Positions 1 to 7,495 of a stretch of 64,000 nucleotides of DNA are shown piece by piece (positions within the stretch are counted from its first letter, which is position 1; every line of letters begins with the position of its first letter). Made by a program: the position numbers and the translations under genes. Where the stretch lies: IMG/VR virus record IMGVR_UViG_3300034524_000090, positions 1 through 64,000 of that record. One strand, given 5' to 3'. The stretch is from a virus. Below the pieces are notes generated by a model. That model saw nothing but the letters and a program-made list of their open reading frames with translations, made no database searches and was not told where the DNA came from.

Positions 1-254
1 TCTTCCATTGCCCATAAAAAGGCTTTAGCAACTGCTTCTTTACGGCTATTTCCTATAAATTTTTTCGATAAAAGCGGTTCAAGTTCATTTACAAAGTAAT
101 TCATTCGGTTTAATACACATTCATAATGATTTGGACTGATAACTACAATATCAGAATAATACCCATATTGTTCTAGTCTTGATAACATATAATCCAAGGG
201 AGGTATGTTATTATATCCATACTCTTGTAATTTTAATAATAATTCTTCTGTCAT
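1..254 (-). CDS. hypothetical protein, 3'-truncated by window edge
   Basis: Read manually: ATG at 254, open frame MTEELLLKLQEYG...GNSRKEAVAKAFLWAME running off base 1; purine-rich RBS GAAAGGA upstream. Confidence 0.6.
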   Translation of the reverse strand, partial: MTEELLLKLQEYGYNNIPPLDYMLSRLEQYGYYSDIVVISPNHYECVLNRMNYFVNELEPLLSKKFIGNSRKEAVAKAFLWAME

Positions 255-353
255 CTCTTTATTCCTTTCTTTTTTTGGTATATTTTCATAGCTCTTAATC
301 TTGAAAAATCACGTTTTGTATTAGATATTTTTTACTCCTCGCTTTTAATTCTT

Positions 354-1136
354 TTACATCTCGCTTTTATTCTTACAACATTTATCAATTTCGCGTATAG
401 CAGTACCGATAACGTAAGGTATCAAGGGTATTACCGCATTTCCCAATGCTTGTATCCTTTCTTTCCAAAATGACGGTTTTTCTAATATTGTTCTGGGAGG
501 TTCCCAGTCATATTGTTCGCATCCTAATGGGGCAGGCCAGTTATACAAGTCCATCCAACAGGCAAGCCCATTAGCGATTCCACCCAATCGGGATTCAATC
601 TCCCCTTTGTTGCATCCGGTAACCTGTCTCGCTTGATCGACTCCCCCTTCCAGTCTCTTGCCTGCGGCGTGGGCCACAACCCATACCCTATCTCTCCTGT
701 GCGGGGCATTGACGGCGCAAGCTGGAATAATAAACGTTGCTGTTTCGTAGCCTTCACTTTCCAAGTCAGATAGCACAGTGTCGAGTGCCAGATTGACGAT
801 TCCAGCAACATTCTCACCAAGCACCCAACGGGGCCTGAGAGCTTTAATGACTCTAAACATTTCAGGCCAGAAGTAACGGTCATCTGCCGTGCCTCGACGC
901 TTCCCGGCTGTGGAGAAGGGTTGGCAGGGAAATCCCCCGCAAATAAGGTCAACTGGTTCGAGTTCATCAGGTTTCACCTCTCGTATATCTCCATATTTGG
1001 GTACTTCAGGCCAGTATTTCTGCAATACTTTGCGACAAAACTCGTCTATTTCCACCTGCCAAGCTATTTCCATTCCAGCCAATTGCAGGCCGTAATCCAT
1101 TGCCCCAATGCCACTGAATAAACTTCCTACATACAT
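354..1136 (-). CDS. DNA (cytosine-5)-methyltransferase, large (alpha) polypeptide
   Basis: Motif I SLFSGIG, IV GGFPCQPFS, VI GENV, VIII PHRRDRVW, X ALGNAV. Start more likely at 1136 or 1151 than 1223, which overlaps the upstream gene. Confidence 0.92.
   Translation of the reverse strand: MYVGSLFSGIGAMDYGLQLAGMEIAWQVEIDEFCRKVLQKYWPEVPKYGDIREVKPDELEPVDLICGGFPCQPFSTAGKRRGTADDRYFWPEMFRVIKALRPRWVLGENVAGIVNLALDTVLSDLESEGYETATFIIPACAVNAPHRRDRVWVVAHAAGKRLEGGVDQARQVTGCNKGEIESRLGGIANGLACWMDLYNWPAPLGCEQYDWEPPRTILEKPSFWKERIQALGNAVIPLIPYVIGTAIREIDKCCKNKSEM
524..967 (-). CDS. overlapping alternative-frame polypeptide (beta subunit carrying motif IX) of the C5 methyltransferase
   Basis: Own SD GAGGTG 7 nt before ATG 967; ends WPTP...GRLNPDWVESLMGLPVGWT, resembling motif IX, which the main frame lacks. 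Confidence 0.75.
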   Translation of the reverse strand: MNSNQLTLFAGDFPANPSPQPGSVEARQMTVTSGLKCLESLKLSGPVGCLVRMLLESSIWHSTLCYLTWKVKATKQQRLLFQLAPSMPRTGEIGYGLWPTPQARDWKGESIKRDRLPDATKGRLNPDWVESLMGLPVGWTCITGLPH

Positions 1137-1140
1137 CTTT

Positions 1141-1437
1141 CTATTCTTCATCCTTCCACCCACAAAATGGGCAACGATATTCAACCATCGGCTCATAAGC
1201 AGGAAATCCAAAATGTTCTCCACGATTTTCTTTATAAATTCTTTGTTCTAATTGGGTAAAACATTGTGGACACAAATAATTTTCAAATGCCATTTCTTCT
1301 ATTGTGATCAATAAATCTTCGCCAAAACGACTGCCTTTATATTTTATTTCTTCGGCTAAACGTCTTAATGATAAAAAAGCATCCTGGGTTTCTTCTATAT
1401 CCATATAAACCTCAATAAGATCATATAACATTGACAT
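1141..1437 (-). CDS. hypothetical zinc-ribbon protein
   Basis: CPQC...CPFC pairs; RBS AAGGGGG upstream. Confidence 0.7.
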   Translation of the reverse strand: MSMLYDLIEVYMDIEETQDAFLSLRRLAEEIKYKGSRFGEDLLITIEEMAFENYLCPQCFTQLEQRIYKENRGEHFGFPAYEPMVEYRCPFCGWKDEE

Positions 1438-1467
1438 TATATAACCCCCTTACAACTTTAATATAGA

Positions 1468-1845
1468 CTACTTTTTATCGTTTGTCAATATGGTTTTTGT
1501 TGTTTTTTTGTTGTTTATCTGGTCAAAATATAGTTCTTTTAGTTGTTCTGGTCTTATTCCTTCCCATAGCCCATTATCAACTAAAGTAATAAACAATAAA
1601 TGTGTTAATCCGATTAAAAATAAATTAGGTGGGCTTTTTTTGATTATACCCATTTCTTTCAGTTTAGCAACAGATAGATTAATAAGATGGTAAAGAAGAA
1701 GATAGTCCTGTTCTACTTCGCTTAAAGTGTCTTTCATAATAATCTCTTTAGCTTTAAAATCAATATACCCAAATCCCTGATCTAGATCTTTTTTTATAAT
1801 AGAATATTTTTCTTGTTGAGCAAAATTTATCTCTTTTATTAACAC
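1468..1845 (-). CDS. hypothetical protein, possibly degenerate metallopeptidase-like fold
   Basis: GGAGGTG RBS favours GTG at 1845; GYIDF...IIMKDTLS..EQ..LLYHLINL resembles small phage HExxH proteins but lacks the motif. Confidence 0.6.
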   Translation of the reverse strand: MLIKEINFAQQEKYSIIKKDLDQGFGYIDFKAKEIIMKDTLSEVEQDYLLLYHLINLSVAKLKEMGIIKKSPPNLFLIGLTHLLFITLVDNGLWEGIRPEQLKELYFDQINNKKTTKTILTNDKK

Positions 1846-1865
1846 TATTAACACCTCCAGATAAT

Positions 1866-1894
1866 ATTATACAATACAACTCAATACTTTGCAA
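1866..1894 (-). promoter_or_regulatory. sigmaA-type promoter
   Basis: TTGCAA-17 nt-TATAAT on the minus strand, upstream of the 1845 gene. Confidence 0.7.
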
Positions 1895-1926
1895 TATTTT
1901 ATTTACGATATTTACGATTTGTTTAC

Positions 1927-1958
1927 AAAAAAACCAGTCTGATCAATACAGACTGGTT
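1927..1958 (-). terminator. intrinsic terminator after the UDG gene
   Basis: 10-bp stem AACCAGTCTG/CAGACTGGTT, 7-nt loop, T-run on the minus strand. Confidence 0.8.
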
Positions 1959-2586
1959 AAAAAGAAAAAAGTATATCTTTGACTTCAATTAAGAATGATA
2001 ATATTTTAGGTTCTATTTTTCTATTCCTTAAAACATAGCTTGGATGGGGCAAAGGAACTATTAATACTTTTTGTCTTTTAATTTGTGTTATATATATGTT
2101 GCCTAAGACTTTAGTTATGGTCGTTATATTATTGCCCAAAAAAAGTTTTGCCGCTTCGGTACCAAAAAGAATAATTAATTTAGGAATTTTTATAGTGGCA
2201 AATTCTATATATTTCCATCTAGAACATATCTCAATTTCTTCTTGAGTCGGCGGCCTATTTTTAGCCGTATAACACATTATAGTGTTTGTAATATATACTT
2301 CTGATCTATCCAAACCTAAATAAGATAAATATTTAGTAACTAATTTCCCGCTCGGAGCCTCAAAATAAAAAGGTTTATTGTGTTTATCTTCTAAAAAACC
2401 TGGGTTTCTGCCAACTACTATAGCTTTAGGTTCAATAGGCCCCAAAGGAGGAACGGGTTTCGTGCATTCTAAACGTGCCTTACAATGGGAACAATTTTTG
2501 ATCATGCCTCGCAATTGCAATAAATCAACACAAAAACAACTACCGTCAAAAAACGGCAACCTTTCGACTTGAATAAGTTGAAGCAT
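1957..2586 (-). CDS. uracil-DNA glycosylase family 4-like protein
   Basis: CxxC plus two further Cys (4Fe-4S type), VVGRNPG motif A variant, YITN..MC, NRPP..EEI..C, HPSY motif B. Confidence 0.85.
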   Translation of the reverse strand: MLQLIQVERLPFFDGSCFCVDLLQLRGMIKNCSHCKARLECTKPVPPLGPIEPKAIVVGRNPGFLEDKHNKPFYFEAPSGKLVTKYLSYLGLDRSEVYITNTIMCYTAKNRPPTQEEIEICSRWKYIEFATIKIPKLIILFGTEAAKLFLGNNITTITKVLGNIYITQIKRQKVLIVPLPHPSYVLRNRKIEPKILSFLIEVKDILFSF

Positions 2587-2605
2587 AAAATAAACAACCC
2601 TACCC

Positions 2606-2746
2606 CTACGGCTTCAAGGCAAAAATTATCTCTTTAGCTTTTTGTTGGGCTTTATTGCAGTTACCTATAGTCCAAGTCTCAATACCCGAACAAAATTTCT
2701 CCCAAAGATAATTTTTCTTTTTACAGTTGACACAAATAGAATGCAT
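2606..2746 (-). CDS. small Cys-rich hypothetical protein (46 aa)
   Basis: Read manually: MHSICVNCKKKNYLWEKFC...; RBS AGGTG upstream; fills the operon gap. Confidence 0.55.
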   Translation of the reverse strand: MHSICVNCKKKNYLWEKFCSGIETWTIGNCNKAQQKAKEIIFALKP

Positions 2747-2775
2747 ATTAGCACCTACCTAAAAAAATATTTAAT

Positions 2776-2940
2776 CTAATTAACACACCAATACAAATTT
2801 TCTTGTTCTATTTTTCTTACCCATTCGTCTACAGGTATCCAATCATAACAGTAACTACCATTATCCTTTATTTTCTTATAATCGTCTTTACAATTATTTA
2901 CACAGACTTTACACAAATCATTCATAATAAAACCAACCAT
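2776..2940 (-). CDS. small Cys-rich hypothetical protein (54 aa)
   Basis: Read manually: MVGFIMNDLCKVCVNNCKDD...; purine-rich RBS upstream. Confidence 0.55.
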   Translation of the reverse strand: MVGFIMNDLCKVCVNNCKDDYKKIKDNGSYCYDWIPVDEWVRKIEQENLYWCVN

Positions 2941-2951
2941 TTCCTTTCCCT

Positions 2952-3242
2952 TTAATCATCGACAGGCTCTTTATCGACTGAATTGTTTACTTGTTTCTCT
3001 TTTGGAGGCAAAGCTCCTAAACGTCTTAAAAGCGTAGTTGGCTTAAAAGGCGACATAAAAACATGACCAGTATCAAGGATAACTACTGATTTACGTTTTT
3101 TATTGCGTGTTACAAGAAAAAACTTGTTTTCTTTATCAGCCAAAGCTACTGTCCTTCTTGCAATACTATAATTAGGCGGCATTATAGTAACACATCTGTC
3201 CATATCTACATACACATCAGGCCCTACCTGAATAAAACGCAT
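2952..3242 (-). CDS. remA: RemA/DUF370-like DNA-binding regulator
   Basis: Colinear with the RemA (YlzA) pattern: FIQVG..V..DRCVTIM.P....ARR....A....LVT..KKRKSVVILDTGHVFMSPFKPTTLLRRL. Confidence 0.75.
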   Translation of the reverse strand: MRFIQVGPDVYVDMDRCVTIMPPNYSIARRTVALADKENKFFLVTRNKKRKSVVILDTGHVFMSPFKPTTLLRRLGALPPKEKQVNNSVDKEPVDD

Positions 3243-3784
3243 TATCTCATCCCCGTTTCAATAAATAGATTATCAATAATATTTTGTTGAGTCTTATTTA
3301 ATTTTAATTCTTTTATTAAATCTGGTTTAATTTTACATAAACCGATTAGGGCTAATACGTAAGCATCAGCTAAATCACTATGATTAAATTCTATGCCCCA
3401 ATTTTTAAATACACTTAACATAATTAGGTCTTTATTAGCTTTTCCACTACCCGTAGCGAATAATTTTGCTCTTTTTGGCGGCACTACAGTAAAAGCTATT
3501 TTTTGATTATATACTATAAGTCTTATTACCCCTCCTACTTCGCCCAACTGATGGGCTTGAAAAGGTTTCCCATAGGCATAACCTTCAATCACGCATAAAT
3601 CAGGATTAAATTCTTTAAAAATCATTAATACACGATTATAGATTTGCCAAAGACGTTCTGTTCCTGATGTTTGTGGCTTAAATATCTCGCTTAATAAAAT
3701 ATTGTGTGGCGAATCTAAAATAACAATACCAGAATGATTAAGGGCTAGATCAAGCCCCATTGCAACTTTATTATTGCCCATCAA
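3242..3784 (-). CDS. RuvC-like Holliday junction resolvase
   Basis: MGLDLAL, VIEG, K.FATGSGKANK and DLADA acidic active-site motifs. Confidence 0.85.
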   Translation of the reverse strand: MMGNNKVAMGLDLALNHSGIVILDSPHNILLSEIFKPQTSGTERLWQIYNRVLMIFKEFNPDLCVIEGYAYGKPFQAHQLGEVGGVIRLIVYNQKIAFTVVPPKRAKLFATGSGKANKDLIMLSVFKNWGIEFNHSDLADAYVLALIGLCKIKPDLIKELKLNKTQQNIIDNLFIETGMR

Positions 3785-3792
3785 TATTCTAC

Positions 3793-4344
3793 CTACTTTT
3801 CAATTTGTTCCACAAAGGTTACAGCCTGTTTCAATCTTGAATCTAAATCACCACGCAAAATAACAACAGGAACAGATTGTAATTGTATTAGAGTATGCAT
3901 AATTAAACCTTCAACGAGATTTCTGCACTGCTCACATTGAAACCTAAAACCGTCATTTTCAACTGGAAATTCAATAGGCAAGAAAAAGATAACATCATAA
4001 CCTGTTTCAGCATGAGCAATTACCTTCTCATAGATACGAGAAAGGTTTATATAATTACATAACCCATAGATACTCCAATACGCATAATTATCTATAACTG
4101 TCCTATCTGAAACAAAACCATTGATATGTTTAATTTCTTCGGCAATTTGGTTTGCCAAAACATTACTTTGAAATTCTAATGCCAATTGCTTGTTTTCAAA
4201 TAAAGGGTCAAGTTGTTCTAGTTGCATTTTCTTTGCTATGTTACGTGCGACTTCTTCAATCAAGGGAAGTTCTAATGTGTCTGCAAGTTTTTTTGCCAAA
4301 ACACTTTTTCCTGTACCATGACTACCTGCTATTCCTATCCGCAT
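3793..4344 (-). CDS. P-loop kinase/ATPase (AAA_28 / NMP-kinase-like)
   Basis: GSHGTGKS Walker A, VSDRTVID, END.FR lid. Confidence 0.75.
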   Translation of the reverse strand: MRIGIAGSHGTGKSVLAKKLADTLELPLIEEVARNIAKKMQLEQLDPLFENKQLALEFQSNVLANQIAEEIKHINGFVSDRTVIDNYAYWSIYGLCNYINLSRIYEKVIAHAETGYDVIFFLPIEFPVENDGFRFQCEQCRNLVEGLIMHTLIQLQSVPVVILRGDLDSRLKQAVTFVEQIEK

Positions 4345-4603
4345 TTACATTATTCTCCCCTTGTTTTTCTTTGTCTTGCAAAACATAATAAGTCACTACA
4401 AAGTTATTTATAAGTTTATTAATAAAAGTCTCCGCCATTGTCGTTAAAGTAAAGACCCAAATAAAATAAATTATTGTCACGCCTAATGTTAGACCGAAAA
4501 TACTAATCGGGTTAAGACCGTTTATAATCAATAAGTTGAGTGTTTTAATTATAACGAAAACACATATTAGAAATACCGAAAATATCAAACTTAACCACAA
4601 CAT
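4322..4603 (-). CDS. putative membrane protein
   Basis: Two hydrophobic segments; RBS AAGGAG upstream. Confidence 0.6.
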   Translation of the reverse strand: MLWLSLIFSVFLICVFVIIKTLNLLIINGLNPISIFGLTLGVTIIYFIWVFTLTTMAETFINKLINNFVVTYYVLQDKEKQGENNVNADRNSR

Positions 4604-4644
4604 GCCTTTGTAAACTCCTTTTCTGCTTTTCTGTTTTTCTGTTT

Positions 4645-4857
4645 TTACAGATATTCTTCAGGATCGAAAACCCAATAATTTTTTGCAATAATAATTTGAT
4701 TGCCGTTTGTTTTAATGGCTATCGTATTACCGCTTGTTATCCATGTACCAGGAGTATCTGAAATTAATTCTTGCACCCATTCATTGATTTTCGCATCAGA
4801 AATATCAATACCACTAACTCTATCAAAGTCATTCGGAAACTCTGGCACAAGTTTCAA
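4645..4857 (-). CDS. hypothetical protein
   Basis: AAGGAGGT RBS before TTG start. Confidence 0.7.
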   Translation of the reverse strand: MKLVPEFPNDFDRVSGIDISDAKINEWVQELISDTPGTWITSGNTIAIKTNGNQIIIAKNYWVFDPEEYL

Positions 4858-4997
4858 AACAGTTACCTCCTTGATTTTTTAACTTTGGTATTTAATTTAC
4901 TTTGACTCTTTTCGACATTTTTTACTGCGATTTAACAAAATTATTTTTGTGTAATAATATACACCTCCATTTTTGTTTTTTTAGGAAGAGGGGGATC

Positions 4998-5012
4998 AGG
5001 GAATAACTCAAA
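4998..5012 (+). repeat. 15-bp direct repeat copy 1 (AGGGAATAACTCAAA)
   Basis: Identical to 7496-7510. Confidence 0.85.
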
Positions 5013-5016
5013 TATA

Positions 5017-5044
5017 ATAATATCACTTTTTTATTACCACGCAA
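5017..5044 (-). promoter_or_regulatory. putative leftward promoter
   Basis: TTGCGT-16 nt-TATTAT with extended -10 TG. Confidence 0.45.
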
Positions 5045-5160
5045 GCCCTATTAAAACCTATTTTAGACTTTTTTGGTTGATTAATTATCGTTTTTTTGGT
5101 TTTTGATAACGTATCTTATTTTTTGCCCTTTTTTCTTTGTTTTTTGCATTAAATTACAAT

Positions 5161-5189
5161 TTGTATTTTGTCTAAATTTTTTGTATAAT
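5161..5189 (+). promoter_or_regulatory. sigmaA-type promoter for the sigma-like gene
   Basis: TTGTAT-17 nt-TATAAT, followed by AGGAGG RBS and ATG 5233. Confidence 0.65.
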
Positions 5190-5232
5190 TATCTACACAT
5201 ACTAAAATTTTTACCAACAGGAGGAATAATCA

Positions 5233-5721
5233 ATGTACGACTTTAATCAAATTATAGCAATTATTTCGCCTTATGTCAAGAGTTACCTTAAAAAAAAATG
5301 CAAAAAATATCGTCTAAATTTTAATGACACTTATGAGTATTTTTTATTGATTTTACTAGAGGAACTTGATAAAACTGGTAATTTTTCTGGTTTTTATCAA
5401 GTAAATATTAATAATTTATATCATACCGTTATGGGGCGTCTTAAAAAATACATTAGCGACAACATTCAATACCAAAAACACATAATTTTATCCGAAAATC
5501 TTGATAACGTAAAAAGCCACGATAAAGACTTTACGGAAGAAATTAACCTAAAAGCAGACTTAGAAAAAATCTTAACTCCCCTTGAGTTTTATATTGTCAA
5601 CATGAAATATAATCATGGGTTAACTAACACAGATTTGGCCCAAAACCTTGGACTTTCAGTCAGAACAATAGAACGCTACTTGGCTCAAATCAGAGAAAAA
5701 TTAAAAGACTATTTTGCGTGA
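5233..5721 (+). CDS. small sigma-70-family (ECF/group 5-like) factor or region-4 HTH regulator
   Basis: C-terminal LTPLEFYIVNMKY.HGLTNTDLAQNLGLSVRTIERYLAQIREKLK is a sigma region 4 HTH; 162 aa. Confidence 0.75.
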   Translation: MYDFNQIIAIISPYVKSYLKKKCKKYRLNFNDTYEYFLLILLEELDKTGNFSGFYQVNINNLYHTVMGRLKKYISDNIQYQKHIILSENLDNVKSHDKDFTEEINLKADLEKILTPLEFYIVNMKYNHGLTNTDLAQNLGLSVRTIERYLAQIREKLKDYFA

Positions 5722-5950
5722 ATATTACCCCACCTTCTAGAATACCCTTTAGAGCCTCATATTTGGCTTCTGAGGGGTTTTAAACTTTGGGGATATATGT
5801 TTATACCCCCCTGCGTTTTATTTAATTTTCTAGGGCATTTTAGAGGCCCTTGTATTCCGTGGGAACTTTCACATGCGGATTCTTTGTTTATGCAAGACTA
5901 ATTTTGGCTTTTACTTTTTCCCTTTCAACAGGAATTTTATGTAATAGGGG

Positions 5951-5972
5951 GTACGCCTCTTTTGAGGCGTAC
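5951..5972. other. GC-rich hairpin (possible terminator)
   Basis: GTACGCCTC-TTTT-GAGGCGTAC, perfect 9-bp stem. Confidence 0.6.
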
Positions 5973-6470
5973 TTGTGCTTTATTAAATTCTATGGAGTAT
6001 TACGAAGTAATACGACATAGAATTTAATAAAACTTCAAGTCTTATAAGACTCTATAAGACTTATAAAGGCTTATTATATTATATTATATATAGCCTTATT
6101 AGATCTTAGATCTTATACGTCAATAGATCTTATATGTCAGTATTAATATTTATAGACGTATATGTCTTTTTGTTTTTTTATTTTTTATTATTTTATTTTT
6201 TTATTTACCCAAGGTAAGTTTAATATATTAAGGCATTACTCCATTTCATTTCGTAATGCCTTAATATATTACACATATCCCCAAGATATTACTTCGTAAT
6301 ATCTTGGCGATATGTTTTTTTTTTTTTAAGTTTATTAAGATCTATATGGCTTATTATATATTATAATATATAAGCCATATAAGTCTTATTAGATCTATAA
6401 GACTTATAAAATCTAGATCTATATAAGCCTTATTATTATATATTATATTATATAAGCCATATAGATCTTA
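5971..6470. repeat. AT-rich array of long palindromes and short repeats; candidate replication origin or recombination locus
   Basis: Hairpins 5979-6031, 6221-6271 and 6273-6315; 19-bp inverted repeat 6336-6354/6452-6470; reiterated AGATCT, TATAAGAC and GGCTTATTATAT units; T-rich tract 6166-6206; no ORF. Confidence 0.8.
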
Positions 6471-6483
6471 ATTGTGGATCTAA

Positions 6484-7338
6484 TTAAGCCAGAATACTAT
6501 CGTATTCTGTCTTAATTAGATCCCAATTCGCGTTTAGATAAACTTGGGTGGTTCGTAATGAGCTATGGCCTAAAAGTTCTTGGGCTACTTTGATATTGCC
6601 TCCTTTGACCAAAAAATGTGTAGCAAACGTATGTCTGAAAATATGTGGGTGAACGTTTGGAAAATATTTCTTAACCATGTACTCAAAATTTCTTGGAGTA
6701 ATAGACTTTTTGGTTTTATGGTTTTCAAATAAAAACTTATCTGGTTTAGTTTGTTTAAGATATTCTTGCAATAATTGTTCTATTTCTGGATGAAGGACGA
6801 TTTTCCTTGTTTTATTCCCTTTACCTTTGATTATCATGATTTTATAAGCGAAATTTATGTCTGATACTTTTAGGTTACTTAATTCGCTGATTCTTATACC
6901 TGTGTAAAGTAAAATTTTAAGTGCCAATTTGTCTCTAAGGTTATTAATCTTGTTAATTAACTGGTTTGCTTTTTCAAAGTCTATAATTGGCGGCACAGGA
7001 TCTTTTTCGTCTTTGAGAAAGTTAATATTTTTAAGCAACTGTATTGTTTTATTGCTATTAAACTCTATATCTGCCCATTGATAAAAAGATTTCAGACTGG
7101 CAATTTTGCGGTTAATAGTTGTTATATCCAGTTGTTTGTCATGTAGACTGTTAATAAAAGCCTGTATATCTTGTCTTTGAATATCTAGTATTGATTTTGT
7201 TCCGAGGAAGTTAATAAATTGTTTTAAGTCTACGCCATAGTTAGTGATTGTGTGAGGTGAATAGTTGCGTTGGTTTTTTAGATAATCCAAAAAGTCACCT
7301 ACCAGTTTAACATTTTCTGAAAAAATTTTTGAAAACAT
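6484..7338 (-). CDS. XerC/XerD-like tyrosine recombinase
   Basis: N-terminal SAM-like domain, TGIRISEL (R), KGKGNKTR (K), HPHIFRHTFAT (HxxR), LLGHSSLRTTQVY (H, Y). Confidence 0.95.
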   Translation of the reverse strand: MFSKIFSENVKLVGDFLDYLKNQRNYSPHTITNYGVDLKQFINFLGTKSILDIQRQDIQAFINSLHDKQLDITTINRKIASLKSFYQWADIEFNSNKTIQLLKNINFLKDEKDPVPPIIDFEKANQLINKINNLRDKLALKILLYTGIRISELSNLKVSDINFAYKIMIIKGKGNKTRKIVLHPEIEQLLQEYLKQTKPDKFLFENHKTKKSITPRNFEYMVKKYFPNVHPHIFRHTFATHFLVKGGNIKVAQELLGHSSLRTTQVYLNANWDLIKTEYDSILA

Positions 7339-7350
7339 TGACTTACCCCC

Positions 7351-7379
7351 TTGACAGACATAATTTGGTGTGTTATATT
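7351..7379 (+). promoter_or_regulatory. sigmaA-type promoter toward the packaging genes, overlapping a probable divergent recombinase promoter
   Basis: TTGACA-17 nt-TATATT; adjacent inverted repeat TTTGAT-N6-ATCAAA at 7384-7401. Confidence 0.7.
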
Positions 7380-7495
7380 ATACTTTGATTAACTCATCAA
7401 AAAGTCAACATAAAATTTTTTTCTAAATGCTGGCGGTATTTTTGCATTTCTAGGCTATATTATATACTAGTGAGGGGGCAATGTAAAGTTTTTTT

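Noticed and set aside
889-1121. Short + strand ORFs antisense to the MTase, and similar antisense ORFs across the window (e.g. 8798-9118, 50784-51125, 57895-58491)
   Set aside because: They lie opposite well-supported genes, lack RBS or motifs, and are expected shadows of codon bias
1137-1223. N-terminal extension of the C5 MTase given by the ORF track
   Set aside because: Overlaps the upstream gene; motif I normally lies within a few residues of the start
5979-6315. Protelomerase telRL site or integron attC array
   Set aside because: The adjacent enzyme is a 284-aa Xer-type recombinase without protelomerase size or the IntI insertion; hairpins lack RYYYAAC/GTTRRRY ends
6030-6470. Possible CRISPR array
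   Set aside because: Repeats are short, irregular and palindromic without unique constant-length spacers; no cas genes
7403-7430. dif-like site (AGTCAACATAA...TTCTA)
   Set aside because: Spacer is 7 rather than 6 nt and the second arm matches poorly in very AT-rich sequence
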